Of a stretch of DNA of 64,000 nucleotides, positions 41,907 to 51,868 are shown in pieces (within the stretch, counting starts at the first letter, position 1; every line of letters starts with the position of its first letter). This DNA comes from Chamaesiphon sp. (GTDB taxonomy: Bacteria; Cyanobacteriota; Cyanobacteriia; Cyanobacteriales; Chamaesiphonaceae): positions 64,001-128,000 of the forward strand of contig CBDFFH010000044.1 in assembly GCA_965246715.1 (NCBI GenBank). The letters are read 5' to 3'. The notes beneath the pieces were generated by a model. The model was not told the DNA's origin. It saw nothing but the letters and a program-made list of their open reading frames with translations, and made no database searches. The position numbers and the translations under genes are program-made.

Positions 41907-42248
41907 TTATCCAAAGTTCGCTCGACCTTGCGTTCTAATCTCATCAAATAGCTCGTGGAGATTATCTTGAGTATATTCTGTGGATTGTCCGCGATCGAGT
42001 TGTTCGATTCCCACGTCTAGATCTTGACGCAGTTGGGCTAATTTAAAAGATTGTAGTTCGCTTTCCATCGATTTGAGGCTATCGATTAGCGACTGAAATG
42101 CACCAGCTTCTTGGACTACTACCGCAGCTTTACCGTTGACTGTCAGTACTAGTGGTAACTGAGTAGCTTGAAGTTGTCCGACGTAAGCGTTGGCATTGCG
42201 CTTGAAGTCGGTGAGCGAGTGAATATTGCGAAGATCGATCGAAGACAT
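41907..42248 (-). CDS. Phd/YefM-type antitoxin with ParD-like C-terminus
   Basis: IHSLTDFKRN...PLVLTVNGKAAVVVQ; LRQDLDVGIEQLDRG. Confidence 0.8.
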   Translation of the reverse strand: MSSIDLRNIHSLTDFKRNANAYVGQLQATQLPLVLTVNGKAAVVVQEAGAFQSLIDSLKSMESELQSFKLAQLRQDLDVGIEQLDRGQSTEYTQDNLHELFDEIRTQGRANFG

Positions 42249-42397
42249 CAAATTAAGCTTTGAATTCAACATCTTAATCATAACCGACATGCCGCACTTC
42301 ATGAAAAATCGCCTGCTCGGCAGACATCACATTCGCCACTGACCCAGAATAGCTGGTAGCATCGATCGATATCTACTATTCTAAGGCGACTATATTT

Positions 42398-44593
42398 ATG
42401 ACTACTGCTGTTCAGACTCCAGCATTTGCCGAAGGAATTCAATATTTTGGGGAACTGTTTCCAGGCTTCGACACCTACGGAACTACGCCAGTCATCGCCA
42501 CTGGGCAAACGGGAATTACCGATCCAAGCAATCCCGCTGCTGCTTTTCAAACCTTACTTTACGCCGACGCACTGCGTTATCTCACCCTGCAAGTCTGTGC
42601 AAGTAAGGCTTCTGGACATCCAGGCGGTTTTGCCAGCCAAGCAGAAGCCTATGCTTCCCTGGTCATGCTCGGGCACAAGAATATTATTACTGAAGTCGGA
42701 CACCATGCTCCAGGCTTCTATAGTGCCATGTTTCTCGATCGCTCGCTCGAAGCAATGGGCATCGATACCGTTCAACAATTACGCGACAAGTTCCGCGAAA
42801 AGCATGGGTTAATCGGACACTTATCCGGCTTTATCCCTGGTATTCTCGCCCCTGCTGGCCCACTCGGTCAAGGTCAACATTTCGCCATGTCTGCAGCGAA
42901 GTTGCATCCTGGCAAATTATTCCCCTTCACCGTCGGCGATGGTGGGTTGGGCGAGCCGTACATTATCAGTGCGATGCAGCATTTCCATACAGCTTTCCCC
43001 ACGGTGACGAATTTCTTACCTGTATTGGTGTGGAATGGTTATAGTCAGGAACACCACAGTATGGTGTCTACCAAGACTAATCAGGAGATGCTGAGTTATT
43101 GGCAGGGTAACGGGTTTGAACAAGTAATCATGGTGAATGCCAAGGACTTCGATGACAAAAACCAGACGGGTGAATATGTCGATAGTACGTTGTTCTCCCC
43201 AGAGAAACGGTTAGCCTTTACTCAAGCCGTTCTCACTGGTATCGACAAAGCCGCTAAATCCGCCCTGAGTGGAAAATTAACCGTCTTCATCATCAAGCAA
43301 CTCAAAGGCGCAGGCGTTCACGCCACTGGTTCCAAATCTCATAACCTCTACGCTCACCACACCCTCGATAATGCCGAAATTATCAGCGGATTGAAAACCC
43401 GCGCTCTCCATCCCCAAGCTTGGGAATTAGTCCGCACCAACTGCGAACGCGCTGGCGGTGGTTCTTCCTCTAAAGTCGCCGTCACCGAATCGACTTTACC
43501 AGTCGTCAATCTCGGTACCCTCCCCCTCGAAGAGTACGCCCAGGGCGAAGCCAAAGTATCCACCACTGCAATGGGGCGATTAGTCGGCTATGTCGGACAA
43601 CAGGACAAAAACTTCCTCGTCACCAACGCCGATGGGAACGAAGCTTCAGGGATTGCCAATATCAACCAAGCCCTGAAAATCATCCACCCCACCACCGACG
43701 ATTTATATTTCCAAGCACCTACCGGGCAAGTCTACGAACCCCTGAGCGAAGATGCTTGCGCCGGATTAGCCGCTGGACTCGCCCTAATGGGTGCTCGTAC
43801 ACTGTGGTGTTCCTACGAATCCTTCGCCATCAACGGTTTACCAATTTGGCAAACCGTCACCCAAGCAATGGCAGAATTGCGCCGTAAAACACCTTCTACC
43901 ATTACCCTCTACACCGCAGGCGCATTAGAACAGGGGCGTAACGGCTGGACGCACCAACGCCCTGAAATCGAAGCCTACTTTGCCTCGATGATGCGCAATG
44001 GTAACGTCTTCCCCCTCTTCCCTACGGATGCGAATAGTATTCAGGCTTGCTACGACTGGGCATTAACTACCCAGAATAAAGGTGTGGTAATTACCGCTAG
44101 TAAATCACCCCTACCCATCCGCACCACCTTCGCCCAAACTCGTCAAGGGTTGGAAGATGGCGCGGTAGTCTTGCAAGACACTCCTGGCGATAAGCAGGTG
44201 GTCTTCGCAGTCATCGGCGACATGACGCTAGTTCCCGCATTTGAAGCCGCTGCGTTTTTAACAACCGAAGGCATCGGCTCGAAAATCGTCTCGATTATCA
44301 ATCCGCGTCGGTTGTACCGTCCGACTGATGTTGCCTGGGATACCTGTAGCGAACCAGATGGTGGTTTTCTCAGCGATGCCAAGTTTAACGACATCTTCGG
44401 CGGCAATGCTTTAATCGGCGTGACAGGTGGCGCACCTGCGATGTTGGAGCCTGTGATGTTGCGATCGAATTCTCCTCGCGATACCTTCGCCTGGAAGCGT
44501 GGCGAAACCACCGCTACTGCGGGTCAATTGATGGCATTTAACGGCATTACTGCTGAGGCTTTGTGTAAGCGGGGAATTGAATTGGTGGGTTAA
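42398..44593 (+). CDS. xfp: Phosphoketolase-family ThDP enzyme
   Basis: SGHPGG, GPLGQG, GDGGLGE...WNGY ThDP motif, SYESF, QGRNGWTHQRP. Confidence 0.85.
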   Translation: MTTAVQTPAFAEGIQYFGELFPGFDTYGTTPVIATGQTGITDPSNPAAAFQTLLYADALRYLTLQVCASKASGHPGGFASQAEAYASLVMLGHKNIITEVGHHAPGFYSAMFLDRSLEAMGIDTVQQLRDKFREKHGLIGHLSGFIPGILAPAGPLGQGQHFAMSAAKLHPGKLFPFTVGDGGLGEPYIISAMQHFHTAFPTVTNFLPVLVWNGYSQEHHSMVSTKTNQEMLSYWQGNGFEQVIMVNAKDFDDKNQTGEYVDSTLFSPEKRLAFTQAVLTGIDKAAKSALSGKLTVFIIKQLKGAGVHATGSKSHNLYAHHTLDNAEIISGLKTRALHPQAWELVRTNCERAGGGSSSKVAVTESTLPVVNLGTLPLEEYAQGEAKVSTTAMGRLVGYVGQQDKNFLVTNADGNEASGIANINQALKIIHPTTDDLYFQAPTGQVYEPLSEDACAGLAAGLALMGARTLWCSYESFAINGLPIWQTVTQAMAELRRKTPSTITLYTAGALEQGRNGWTHQRPEIEAYFASMMRNGNVFPLFPTDANSIQACYDWALTTQNKGVVITASKSPLPIRTTFAQTRQGLEDGAVVLQDTPGDKQVVFAVIGDMTLVPAFEAAAFLTTEGIGSKIVSIINPRRLYRPTDVAWDTCSEPDGGFLSDAKFNDIFGGNALIGVTGGAPAMLEPVMLRSNSPRDTFAWKRGETTATAGQLMAFNGITAEALCKRGIELVG
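43747..44526 (+). repeat. Direct repeat copy A (phosphoketolase 3' part)
   Basis: Near-identical to 49377-50144. Confidence 0.95.
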
Positions 44594-44598
44594 GATTC

Positions 44599-44632
44599 GA
44601 GGTAGGGGCAATTCATGAGTTACCCCTACCTC
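44599..44632. repeat. REP-like hairpin / terminator after the phosphoketolase gene
   Basis: gaggtaggggcaa...ttacccctacctc. Confidence 0.65.
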
Positions 44633-44691
44633 AACGATCGATCGAAACAAACGGGTGAAGAAAGATTGTAAAAAGGGGAAATTAATCTAAA

Positions 44692-45051
44692 ATGGAACAA
44701 GGCGAGGACAACCCTGAAATCCTTTTACGCCCTTTAGTCTGGATGGGTGACTCTCTTGGCAACATTAGATCGTTTCCGCCAGAAGTCAGAACTGCGGTGG
44801 GATATTCACTGCAATTGGTGCAGGCTGGAGAAACACCACTGAATGCCAAGCAATTGAAAGGGCTTGCTAGTGGTGTATATGAGATCGTTAAACGGTATGA
44901 TACCGATACTTATCGAGCTGTTTATGCCGTCAAGATCGGAGAAAAAATCTATATCTTACACGCATTTCAAAAAAAGTCGAAGCAGGGCATCAAAACTCCA
45001 CAGTCAGATGTTGACTTATATAAAGATGCCATAGAGAGGGCACAGCAATGA
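44692..45051 (+). CDS. RelE/HigB-like (Gp49) toxin
   Basis: LVWMGDS, GVYEI, DTYRAVY, YILHAFQKKS..GIKTP. Confidence 0.88.
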   Translation: MEQGEDNPEILLRPLVWMGDSLGNIRSFPPEVRTAVGYSLQLVQAGETPLNAKQLKGLASGVYEIVKRYDTDTYRAVYAVKIGEKIYILHAFQKKSKQGIKTPQSDVDLYKDAIERAQQ

Positions 45052-45338
45052 ATACAGAACCTAAATTCACCGATGGCAGTGGCAATGTATTTACCGATCT
45101 TGAATTAGATGATGCTGACGAACTATTCACTAGAGGTAAAATTTGTATCCAAGTTATCCGTCTGTTGAATAGACGTAATTTAAAACAGCGAGAAATTGGA
45201 GAACTTTTAGGCATCTCTCAGCCAGAAGTATCTCATTTAATGAATGGTGAGTTTCAACGTTTTAGTGATGGTAAATTAATTAATTTTCTCAAAGCAGGAT
45301 CGCTAATGCCCAACCTCCGGTGCCATCTGATATCATAG
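45048..45338 (+). CDS. XRE-HTH antitoxin (HigA-like)
   Basis: GSGNVFTDL, LKQREIGELLGISQPEVSHLMNG...FS; ATGA overlap with the toxin gene. Confidence 0.85.
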   Translation: MNTEPKFTDGSGNVFTDLELDDADELFTRGKICIQVIRLLNRRNLKQREIGELLGISQPEVSHLMNGEFQRFSDGKLINFLKAGSLMPNLRCHLIS

Positions 45339-45430
45339 AGCTAGGTAAATAGAACAATTGAAACTACTCAAGCCAGAATTCCAGCTCTAGAGCGCAGTAT
45401 CCAAGAAATCAGACAGGAAGGAGAGCTATC

Positions 45431-45610
45431 GTGAATAATCGAAGAATCATGTCAGATCCAGAACTAGATAACCGACTAATCGGAAATTTGCGCCGCGCTC
45501 GCCTTGCTTTTGAGGAAGTAGACCTTCAGCTCGAAGAGTTAGTAGCTAAATGTGATGAACTAATTCGGCAGCAAAAATTACAACGCATTAAGCAAAAGCA
45601 AAAAAACTAG
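45431..45610 (+). CDS. Small coiled-coil hypothetical protein (59 aa)
   Basis: GTG start after aggaaggag; MNNRRIMSDPELDNRLIGNLRRARLAFEEVDLQLEE...; below the ORF-track length cutoff. Confidence 0.55.
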   Translation: MNNRRIMSDPELDNRLIGNLRRARLAFEEVDLQLEELVAKCDELIRQQKLQRIKQKQKN

Positions 45611-45752
45611 TTAATCGATCGAGTCCCAAACATCTTTGCTACAGATACTCGATCGCGGAGCATCCGCTTTGTGGAGTCATGTTTATGATGCGCTGGGGAA
45701 GATTGAATATAATTCAAGTCTAACATTTACTAAAATATTGTAAGCTCACATA

Positions 45753-46387
45753 TTATCGATTTCCAATTTGTGGCTGCGTAGGTTTAGGACTGGAAACTGC
45801 AATTAGCAGTGCCTGATAGTCTTTATATCCCAGCAGGGGAGCAAGCATCATTGCAATTACTTTTGCTCTCTCTATTTTACCGTTTTCTAGAGCCTCGGCT
45901 AATTTTTCGGATAGAGCTAGTTTGATTTCGTGTTGGGTGTGGTACTTGTGCATTTCTGCGTTGACTCGATTTACTTCTCCCACGCCGCCATCATTGGTGC
46001 CGATGGGAATGGTAACACCTACCATTGCTTCAATATTACGGCTAGATCCGTCTGTAGTTGGAGAAACTCTAGTAACAGCGAAGACACAGCACCATTGCAA
46101 CTGGGTGGACTAAGTGTAGATGAACCACTATAGTTGACTTGCACTCCCGATCCTGATTGATTGTATTGAGCAGGAACGATGGATGTTGATGTGGTTGTGG
46201 GTGTGAGTGCAGATGGCATGGTGGGAACAGGTGTCGGGGTAGTTATGGGAGTAGTGGTATCACTGGTAGCGACTGTAGTGGAATTAGAAGGATCGCTAAT
46301 GCCACCACCAGCTAGTGCTGGATGGGTCGTCACAGCTAAGAGTCCAATTATGGCTCCTATTACTGCTATTTTGTTTGATGATTGCAT
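45753..46387 (-). pseudogene. Secreted Thr-rich protein split by a single frameshift at ~46090
   Basis: ORF 46019-46387 (signal peptide, PPSCNG) continues in another frame as CVFAVTRVSP... in ORF 45753-46100. Confidence 0.6.
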
Positions 46388-46470
46388 GATACAAAGTTTT
46401 TCACAGGTTAATACAGGTGGATAAAAGCGATCGATCTTCGGTAATATCGATCGCTGAATTAGTCTAGTTA

Positions 46471-47670
46471 TTATCGTGAAACACTAATAAAGTAAGGATT
46501 ACCATCATGTCCACCTTTGCCATAAGAAAAGAACACTGCTAATTGATTACGATTCATCTCTACAACACCACCTCGGTACATAGGATCGCCTACCAAATAA
46601 TTTCCATTGGGTGTTTTACCTAGAATAGTATTGATATGATCGGTAGAACCGTCCCCTGTTGAACTATAGCTAGGAAACTGATATCGCCAGTTAGATCCAT
46701 AGTAACCCCAAGCAATTACTGCTTTCCCCGCAGCTAGATCTTGATCTAGTTGTGACCAAGTGCCATTAGACATTCGATTGGTAGCGCGGAGTCCAGCATT
46801 TGCTAATCCAGTCATCATTTGTGTGTCTGAAGTGAATCCTGTCCAGGAAGAAGCCACGTTCATCATTTGACGAGCATAATTAATACTGCCTTGTACGGAT
46901 AGATTACCGGGTTCTTTACCGAATAACTTGAACATCATTGCCACACTGGTTGGACCACAGTTGTTACTTTTGCCTGGTCCATCAGGATTCCATTGGGCAT
47001 TATAAAACTGTGTTTTAAAATATGTGTCGGCTTGAGATTTACTGGTGGGAGTTGTATATTGAGGTAGTTGGGGATTATTTTGACCTTGCTTAATTACCCG
47101 AATACGTTGATTGACATTATTACGATCGCAGTACCATACCATAGGCGTTTGGTTATTGAGTTGCTGACCCTGACCAAAGCCCCGAATATCCAGACAGAGA
47201 TTGGTATCCATGTCAGTGCGCCAGTGGAAAAGATAAGTATCACTACCTACTTTTTCGAGATTCCAATCTTGGTAGCGACCGAAACCACTTGTGTAACTGT
47301 TAATCGTATTGCCAGGAGTAACATTTGTATCTTTTACACTGATTGAATAGTTGCTATTTACACGCTGAAGATTGATTCCGTAGCCATTTGTAAGATACTT
47401 GAAAAGGCTATCACTATCTGAGCCAATCCAAGTATTAACGAGTCCACCATTTCTAAATCCATACTGTTGCGTGATATTTAGTGTAACAGGGCTACCATTG
47501 GGCGCACTTTTCTCCATCTGGAGCCGATACACTTGATTATTAGCCAAGTCATTGGGATACAGAGGAACGGCTTCTGCCTTGTTTGCGGTAGTCAGGATCG
47601 CGCTGATGCTTGACAAGGCAACGATAGTCGCTAAAAATTTACCAAGCTTTGGTTTGCTTAAATTAGACAT
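46471..47670 (-). CDS. Secreted ricin-B lectin plus C39-like (papain-fold) peptidase
   Basis: Signal peptide (AEA); QDW, LCLDI, VWYC...NQR ricin motifs; NNCGPTS, DHINTI, VGDP Cys-His-Asp triad. Confidence 0.75.
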   Translation of the reverse strand: MSNLSKPKLGKFLATIVALSSISAILTTANKAEAVPLYPNDLANNQVYRLQMEKSAPNGSPVTLNITQQYGFRNGGLVNTWIGSDSDSLFKYLTNGYGINLQRVNSNYSISVKDTNVTPGNTINSYTSGFGRYQDWNLEKVGSDTYLFHWRTDMDTNLCLDIRGFGQGQQLNNQTPMVWYCDRNNVNQRIRVIKQGQNNPQLPQYTTPTSKSQADTYFKTQFYNAQWNPDGPGKSNNCGPTSVAMMFKLFGKEPGNLSVQGSINYARQMMNVASSWTGFTSDTQMMTGLANAGLRATNRMSNGTWSQLDQDLAAGKAVIAWGYYGSNWRYQFPSYSSTGDGSTDHINTILGKTPNGNYLVGDPMYRGGVVEMNRNQLAVFFSYGKGGHDGNPYFISVSR

Positions 47671-47771
47671 TTTGGATGATACTCAACTCTTATTTTGGAA
47701 AACGGGGGTGGAATCGATCGATTGAATCATTTCCTGACTACAAGCATATTCAGCCAAAAGTCGATCGTCGA

Positions 47772-47885
47772 TAGGAAAAAATAGGCAGTTATAAGCCTGT
47801 GATCTGAAAACGTGACATAAAGCATTTGGTTAGATCCGGAATAAAAGTAATGGGTTTAATTACAAAAAAGTAGGATGAAATAGGA
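47772..47885. promoter_or_regulatory. Candidate operator: two TAGGA-N5-TAGG direct-repeat pairs in a divergent promoter
   Basis: taggaaaaaatagg 47772-47785; taggatgaaatagga 47871-47885; 10-bp spacing in both. Confidence 0.35.
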
Positions 47886-47908
47886 ACAATGTAGTCTACC
47901 TCCTCACT

Positions 47909-49273
47909 ATGGATATTGCCGAAGCCCTGAAAATAGCTGACAATTTGGTCTTCGCATCGCGCAATAAGCATCTCAATGACTTGGAACGATCGATTATTGA
48001 AGGTGTCTGTCAGGGCAAAAAATATTCACAGATAGCCAGGGATAACTACTGTGAGCAATCTCACGTTAATGATGTTGCTGCTGGTTTGTGGAAGGCTATC
48101 TCTGAGGCTGTAGGAGAACAAGTAAAGAAGGCAAATTTTCGCTCTACTATCGAACGATATCGATCTGAAAATAGTTCATCATTTTTTGGACAGATATCAT
48201 CACTGAATGTCTGTTCTGAGATCACACTAAATAATCATCAATATCACAACGATCGAAAATTAGATCGATCGAATATCCCACAGTATTTAAAAACAATTCC
48301 AGATCTTGTACCTATCTACGATCGCACTCAAGAACTAGACTCGCTCAAAAGCTGGATACTCACAGAGAAATGTCGCTCCATCGTCATCTCCGGTGCTGCT
48401 GGTATTGGTAAAACTGCTTTAGCTAGACAATTACTAGAAGATATCAAAGATGAGTTTGATGAGATCGTTTGGCAGAGTTTAGGCTGTCAGCGTTCTGTGG
48501 TGGAATTTATCGATCGCAATCTCATCGCATCACTCAATATTGCTGCTTTACCAGAACCACCATTAGATTTAGAAGCTAGATTATCTCTCCTGCTCGAACA
48601 TTTCCGAGAGCATCGCTGTTTGATAATATTAGACGATCTCGATCGACTCTTCAGCAGCGGTGAATTAGCAGGTAACTATACAGAAGAATATCGAGAGTAC
48701 CGAGATTTATTTAGGCGAATTTGGGAGACAAATCATCAAAGCTGTGTATTGCTAATGAGTCGGGAGGAGCCGAGTGGAATGGCTGGAGCGGTTAGCAATA
48801 ATAGCTCGATTCATTCTTTGCCACTTGGCGGATTGGGTGATGGTGGTAGGGAAATATTTAGATCGAAGGGCTTGAGTGATGAGGATCGATGGGATTACGC
48901 AATCGAGCATTTAGGTGGAAATCCAGCTTATCTAAAATCGGTAGCGATCGCGATTAATAAGTTATTTGGTGGTAAGGTTGGTGAATTGTGTAAGTACGAA
49001 GAATTATTCCTGACTGAAGACATTAGATCGATGTTGACTCATCAATTCGATCGATTATCAGCAGCGGAACGAGAGGTAATTCGATGTTTAGCTAGTGAGA
49101 CTATACAAATAAATATATCTAGAATTATCGATTCACTAAATCTATCACCCGCAGATGTAGGGAATGCGATCGTATCTTTGGGTAGGCGGGGATTAGTCGA
49201 GCAAACTGAAACAGATGATGGGACATTTTTTAGTTTAAGATCGATCGTCAAGATATTTATATCCCAGGTCTAA
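47909..49273 (+). CDS. N-terminal HTH plus NB-ARC (STAND) NTPase, no C-terminal sensor repeats
   Basis: LNDLERSIIEG...YSQIA...LWKAISEAVGEQVKKANFR HTH; GAAGIGKT Walker A; LIILDD Walker B; GGNP. Confidence 0.85.
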   Translation: MDIAEALKIADNLVFASRNKHLNDLERSIIEGVCQGKKYSQIARDNYCEQSHVNDVAAGLWKAISEAVGEQVKKANFRSTIERYRSENSSSFFGQISSLNVCSEITLNNHQYHNDRKLDRSNIPQYLKTIPDLVPIYDRTQELDSLKSWILTEKCRSIVISGAAGIGKTALARQLLEDIKDEFDEIVWQSLGCQRSVVEFIDRNLIASLNIAALPEPPLDLEARLSLLLEHFREHRCLIILDDLDRLFSSGELAGNYTEEYREYRDLFRRIWETNHQSCVLLMSREEPSGMAGAVSNNSSIHSLPLGGLGDGGREIFRSKGLSDEDRWDYAIEHLGGNPAYLKSVAIAINKLFGGKVGELCKYEELFLTEDIRSMLTHQFDRLSAAEREVIRCLASETIQINISRIIDSLNLSPADVGNAIVSLGRRGLVEQTETDDGTFFSLRSIVKIFISQV

Positions 49274-49376
49274 ATATTAAATAAATCGCCCAATATTCAG
49301 ATTATCGATCGATCGACACAAATCACTCCTACCAATCTACGTTCTCACCTACAAAATGATTAGTATTTAGTCAAAT

Positions 49377-50199
49377 CGAAGACGCTTGTGCTGGACTCGC
49401 TCTGATGGGTGCCCGTACACTGTGGTGTTCCTACGAATCCTTCGCCATCAACGGTTTACCAATTTGGCAAACCGTCACCCAAGCAATGGCAGAATTGCGC
49501 CGTAAAACACCTTCTACCATTACCCTCTACACCGCAGGCGCATTAGAACAGGGGCGTAACGGCTGGACGCACCAACGCCCTGAAATCGAAGCCTACTTTG
49601 CCTCGATGATGCGCAATGGTAACGTCTTCCCCCTCTTCCCTACGGATGCGAATAGTATTCAGGCTTGCTACGACTGGGCATTAACTACCCAGAATAAAGG
49701 TGTGGTAATTACCGCTAGTAAATCACCCCTACCCATCCGCACCACCTTCGCCCAAACTCGTCAAGGGTTGGAAGATGGCGCGGTAGTCTTGCAAGACACT
49801 CCTGGCGATAAGCAGGTGGTCTTCGCAGTCATCGGCGACATGACGCTAGTTCCCGCATTTGAAGCCGCTGCGTTTTTAACAACCGAAGGCATCGGCTCGA
49901 AAATCGTCTCGATTATCAATCCGCGTCGGTTGTACCGTCCGACTGATGTTGCCTGGGATACCTGTAGCGAACCAGATGGTGGTTTTCTCAGCGATGCCAA
50001 GTTTAACGACATCTTCGGCGGCAATGCTTTAATCGGCGTGACAGGTGGCGCACCTGCGATGTTGGAGCCTGTGATGTTGCGATCGAATTCTCCTCGCGAT
50101 ACCTTCGCCTGGAAGCGTGGCGAAACTACTGCTACTGCGGGTCATTTAAAACTAAAGCAAGGCAGATATTATCTGCTTTGCTTTAAAAAAATGAACTAG
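49377..50199 (+). pseudogene. Duplicated 3' fragment of the phosphoketolase gene (direct repeat copy B, 49377-50144)
   Basis: Protein identical to xfp from MGARTLW to TATAG; lacks the N-terminal ~450 aa and the true C-terminus. Confidence 0.9.
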
Positions 50200-50218
50200 C
50201 AACTTTTAGAGTCGCAAC

Positions 50219-51268
50219 TTAGCTGAGCCGCTCGTAAGCTGCAAGGATAATGCGTTCGGTTTCGGCCCAGTCGATACATTTATCAGTTACCGAAACACCG
50301 TATTTTAATTCACTCAAGTCAGCAGGAATCGATTGTCCACCTGCGTTGAGATTGGATTCTAACATCATCCCAACGATCGAGTTATTGCCATTAATGATTT
50401 GTTGGATCGCACTTTCAAAAACGATCGGTTGGAGACGATAATCTTTATTCGAGTTGCCATGACTGCAATCGATCGTAATCCGAGGTGGTAGTCCAGCTTT
50501 TTTGAGTTCGGTCTCGGCTTGTTGGACACTGACAGGATCGTAGTTAGGTTTGCCATCGCCACCACGTAAGATAATATGGCCGTAAGCATTCCCTCGGGTC
50601 TGAAAAACACTGACTTGTCCGAGCTTATTGATACCCAGGAAATTGTGTGGTTGTTTGGCCGATTGGAGCGCATTTAACGCAACCTTGACACTACCGTCGG
50701 TACCATTCTTGAAGCCAACAGGCATCGATAGGCCGCTGGCCATCTCCCGATGCGTTTGGGATTCCGTCGTTCTCGCACCGATTGCCGCCCACGCAATTAG
50801 TTCGTCGAGGTATTGGGGGACGATCGGGTCGAGTGCTTCAGTGGCTGTTGGCAAGCCGATTTCAGTTATTTTTATGAGTAAATTTCTTCCTGTAGATAAG
50901 CCCTTCTCGACATCGAAGGACTCATCCATATTGGGGTCGTTAATCAATCCTTTCCACCCAACTGTCGTGCGGGGCTTCTCGAAGTAAACTCGCATGATGA
51001 GGAGGAGTTTATCGGAGACGCGATCGGCTAAAGTTTTTAATTTGTGGGCGTATTCTTCGGCGGCAACAATATCATGAATCGAACAAGGCCCAACGACAAT
51101 GAACTTGCGATCGTCTTGAAAATCCAGAATTGCTTGAATTTGTTTGCGATAATCAAGGATGCGTTGTTCTAAATCTGGCGATAATGGGAGCTTTTCTTTA
51201 AGTTCTTTGGGCGTAATCAAGATTTTGGAATAGTTAATATTTGTATCGCCAAGAACATTAGACTCCAT
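50219..51268 (-). CDS. aroF: 3-deoxy-7-phosphoheptulonate (DAHP) synthase, type I-alpha
   Basis: VGPCSIHD, EKPRTTVGWKG, IGARTTESQTHRE, DCSHGNS; isoenzyme letter and start uncertain. Confidence 0.9.
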   Translation of the reverse strand: MESNVLGDTNINYSKILITPKELKEKLPLSPDLEQRILDYRKQIQAILDFQDDRKFIVVGPCSIHDIVAAEEYAHKLKTLADRVSDKLLLIMRVYFEKPRTTVGWKGLINDPNMDESFDVEKGLSTGRNLLIKITEIGLPTATEALDPIVPQYLDELIAWAAIGARTTESQTHREMASGLSMPVGFKNGTDGSVKVALNALQSAKQPHNFLGINKLGQVSVFQTRGNAYGHIILRGGDGKPNYDPVSVQQAETELKKAGLPPRITIDCSHGNSNKDYRLQPIVFESAIQQIINGNNSIVGMMLESNLNAGGQSIPADLSELKYGVSVTDKCIDWAETERIILAAYERLS

Positions 51269-51868
51269 GATATTTTCCAAGTTCTGGATCTGTCGATCTT
51301 CTTTCAGAGATGCGTCGCCAATTGATATGGGATTTTGCATGGTAGGAGATAGTGGATAGTGTTGTGTAAACGTTGAAACAGTCGCGAACGTTTTACCCCA
51401 CGTAGGGCACAGCTTACTCTCTGCTCGGGTCGGGATGATTTACTTAAATATTTAAAGATCGATCGGTAGTCAGATTATTTGGATTACTTCAGTAATTTAA
51501 CGGTCTGAAGGTAGTAAGCATCGATCGATCTGCTGCCCACACTAGGGCATAATTCACAGTTAGATTCTAAATCGACGCCAACTAAATAAATACATAGAAC
51601 TTATATTTCGATCGATTGGATAACTTAAAAGCTGACTTATTTCGGACGCAAAATCGGGTTAGCTAGAGTGATGGCCTGCTTTTGGCAGCGAGGTCGCACT
51701 CTGGAACTGAGGAATTTGGTCGAAATTTTGGGCGAACGCCCTTGTTAATACTATAGTAAAACAAACTGCCAGATGTGACTAGTATCTTTAGGTAGATCGG
51801 TAGTCATAGATCGATCGCAGCGTTAAAATCGACCTAACTAGATCTGTTTCACCTCGCCCTAATCCACC

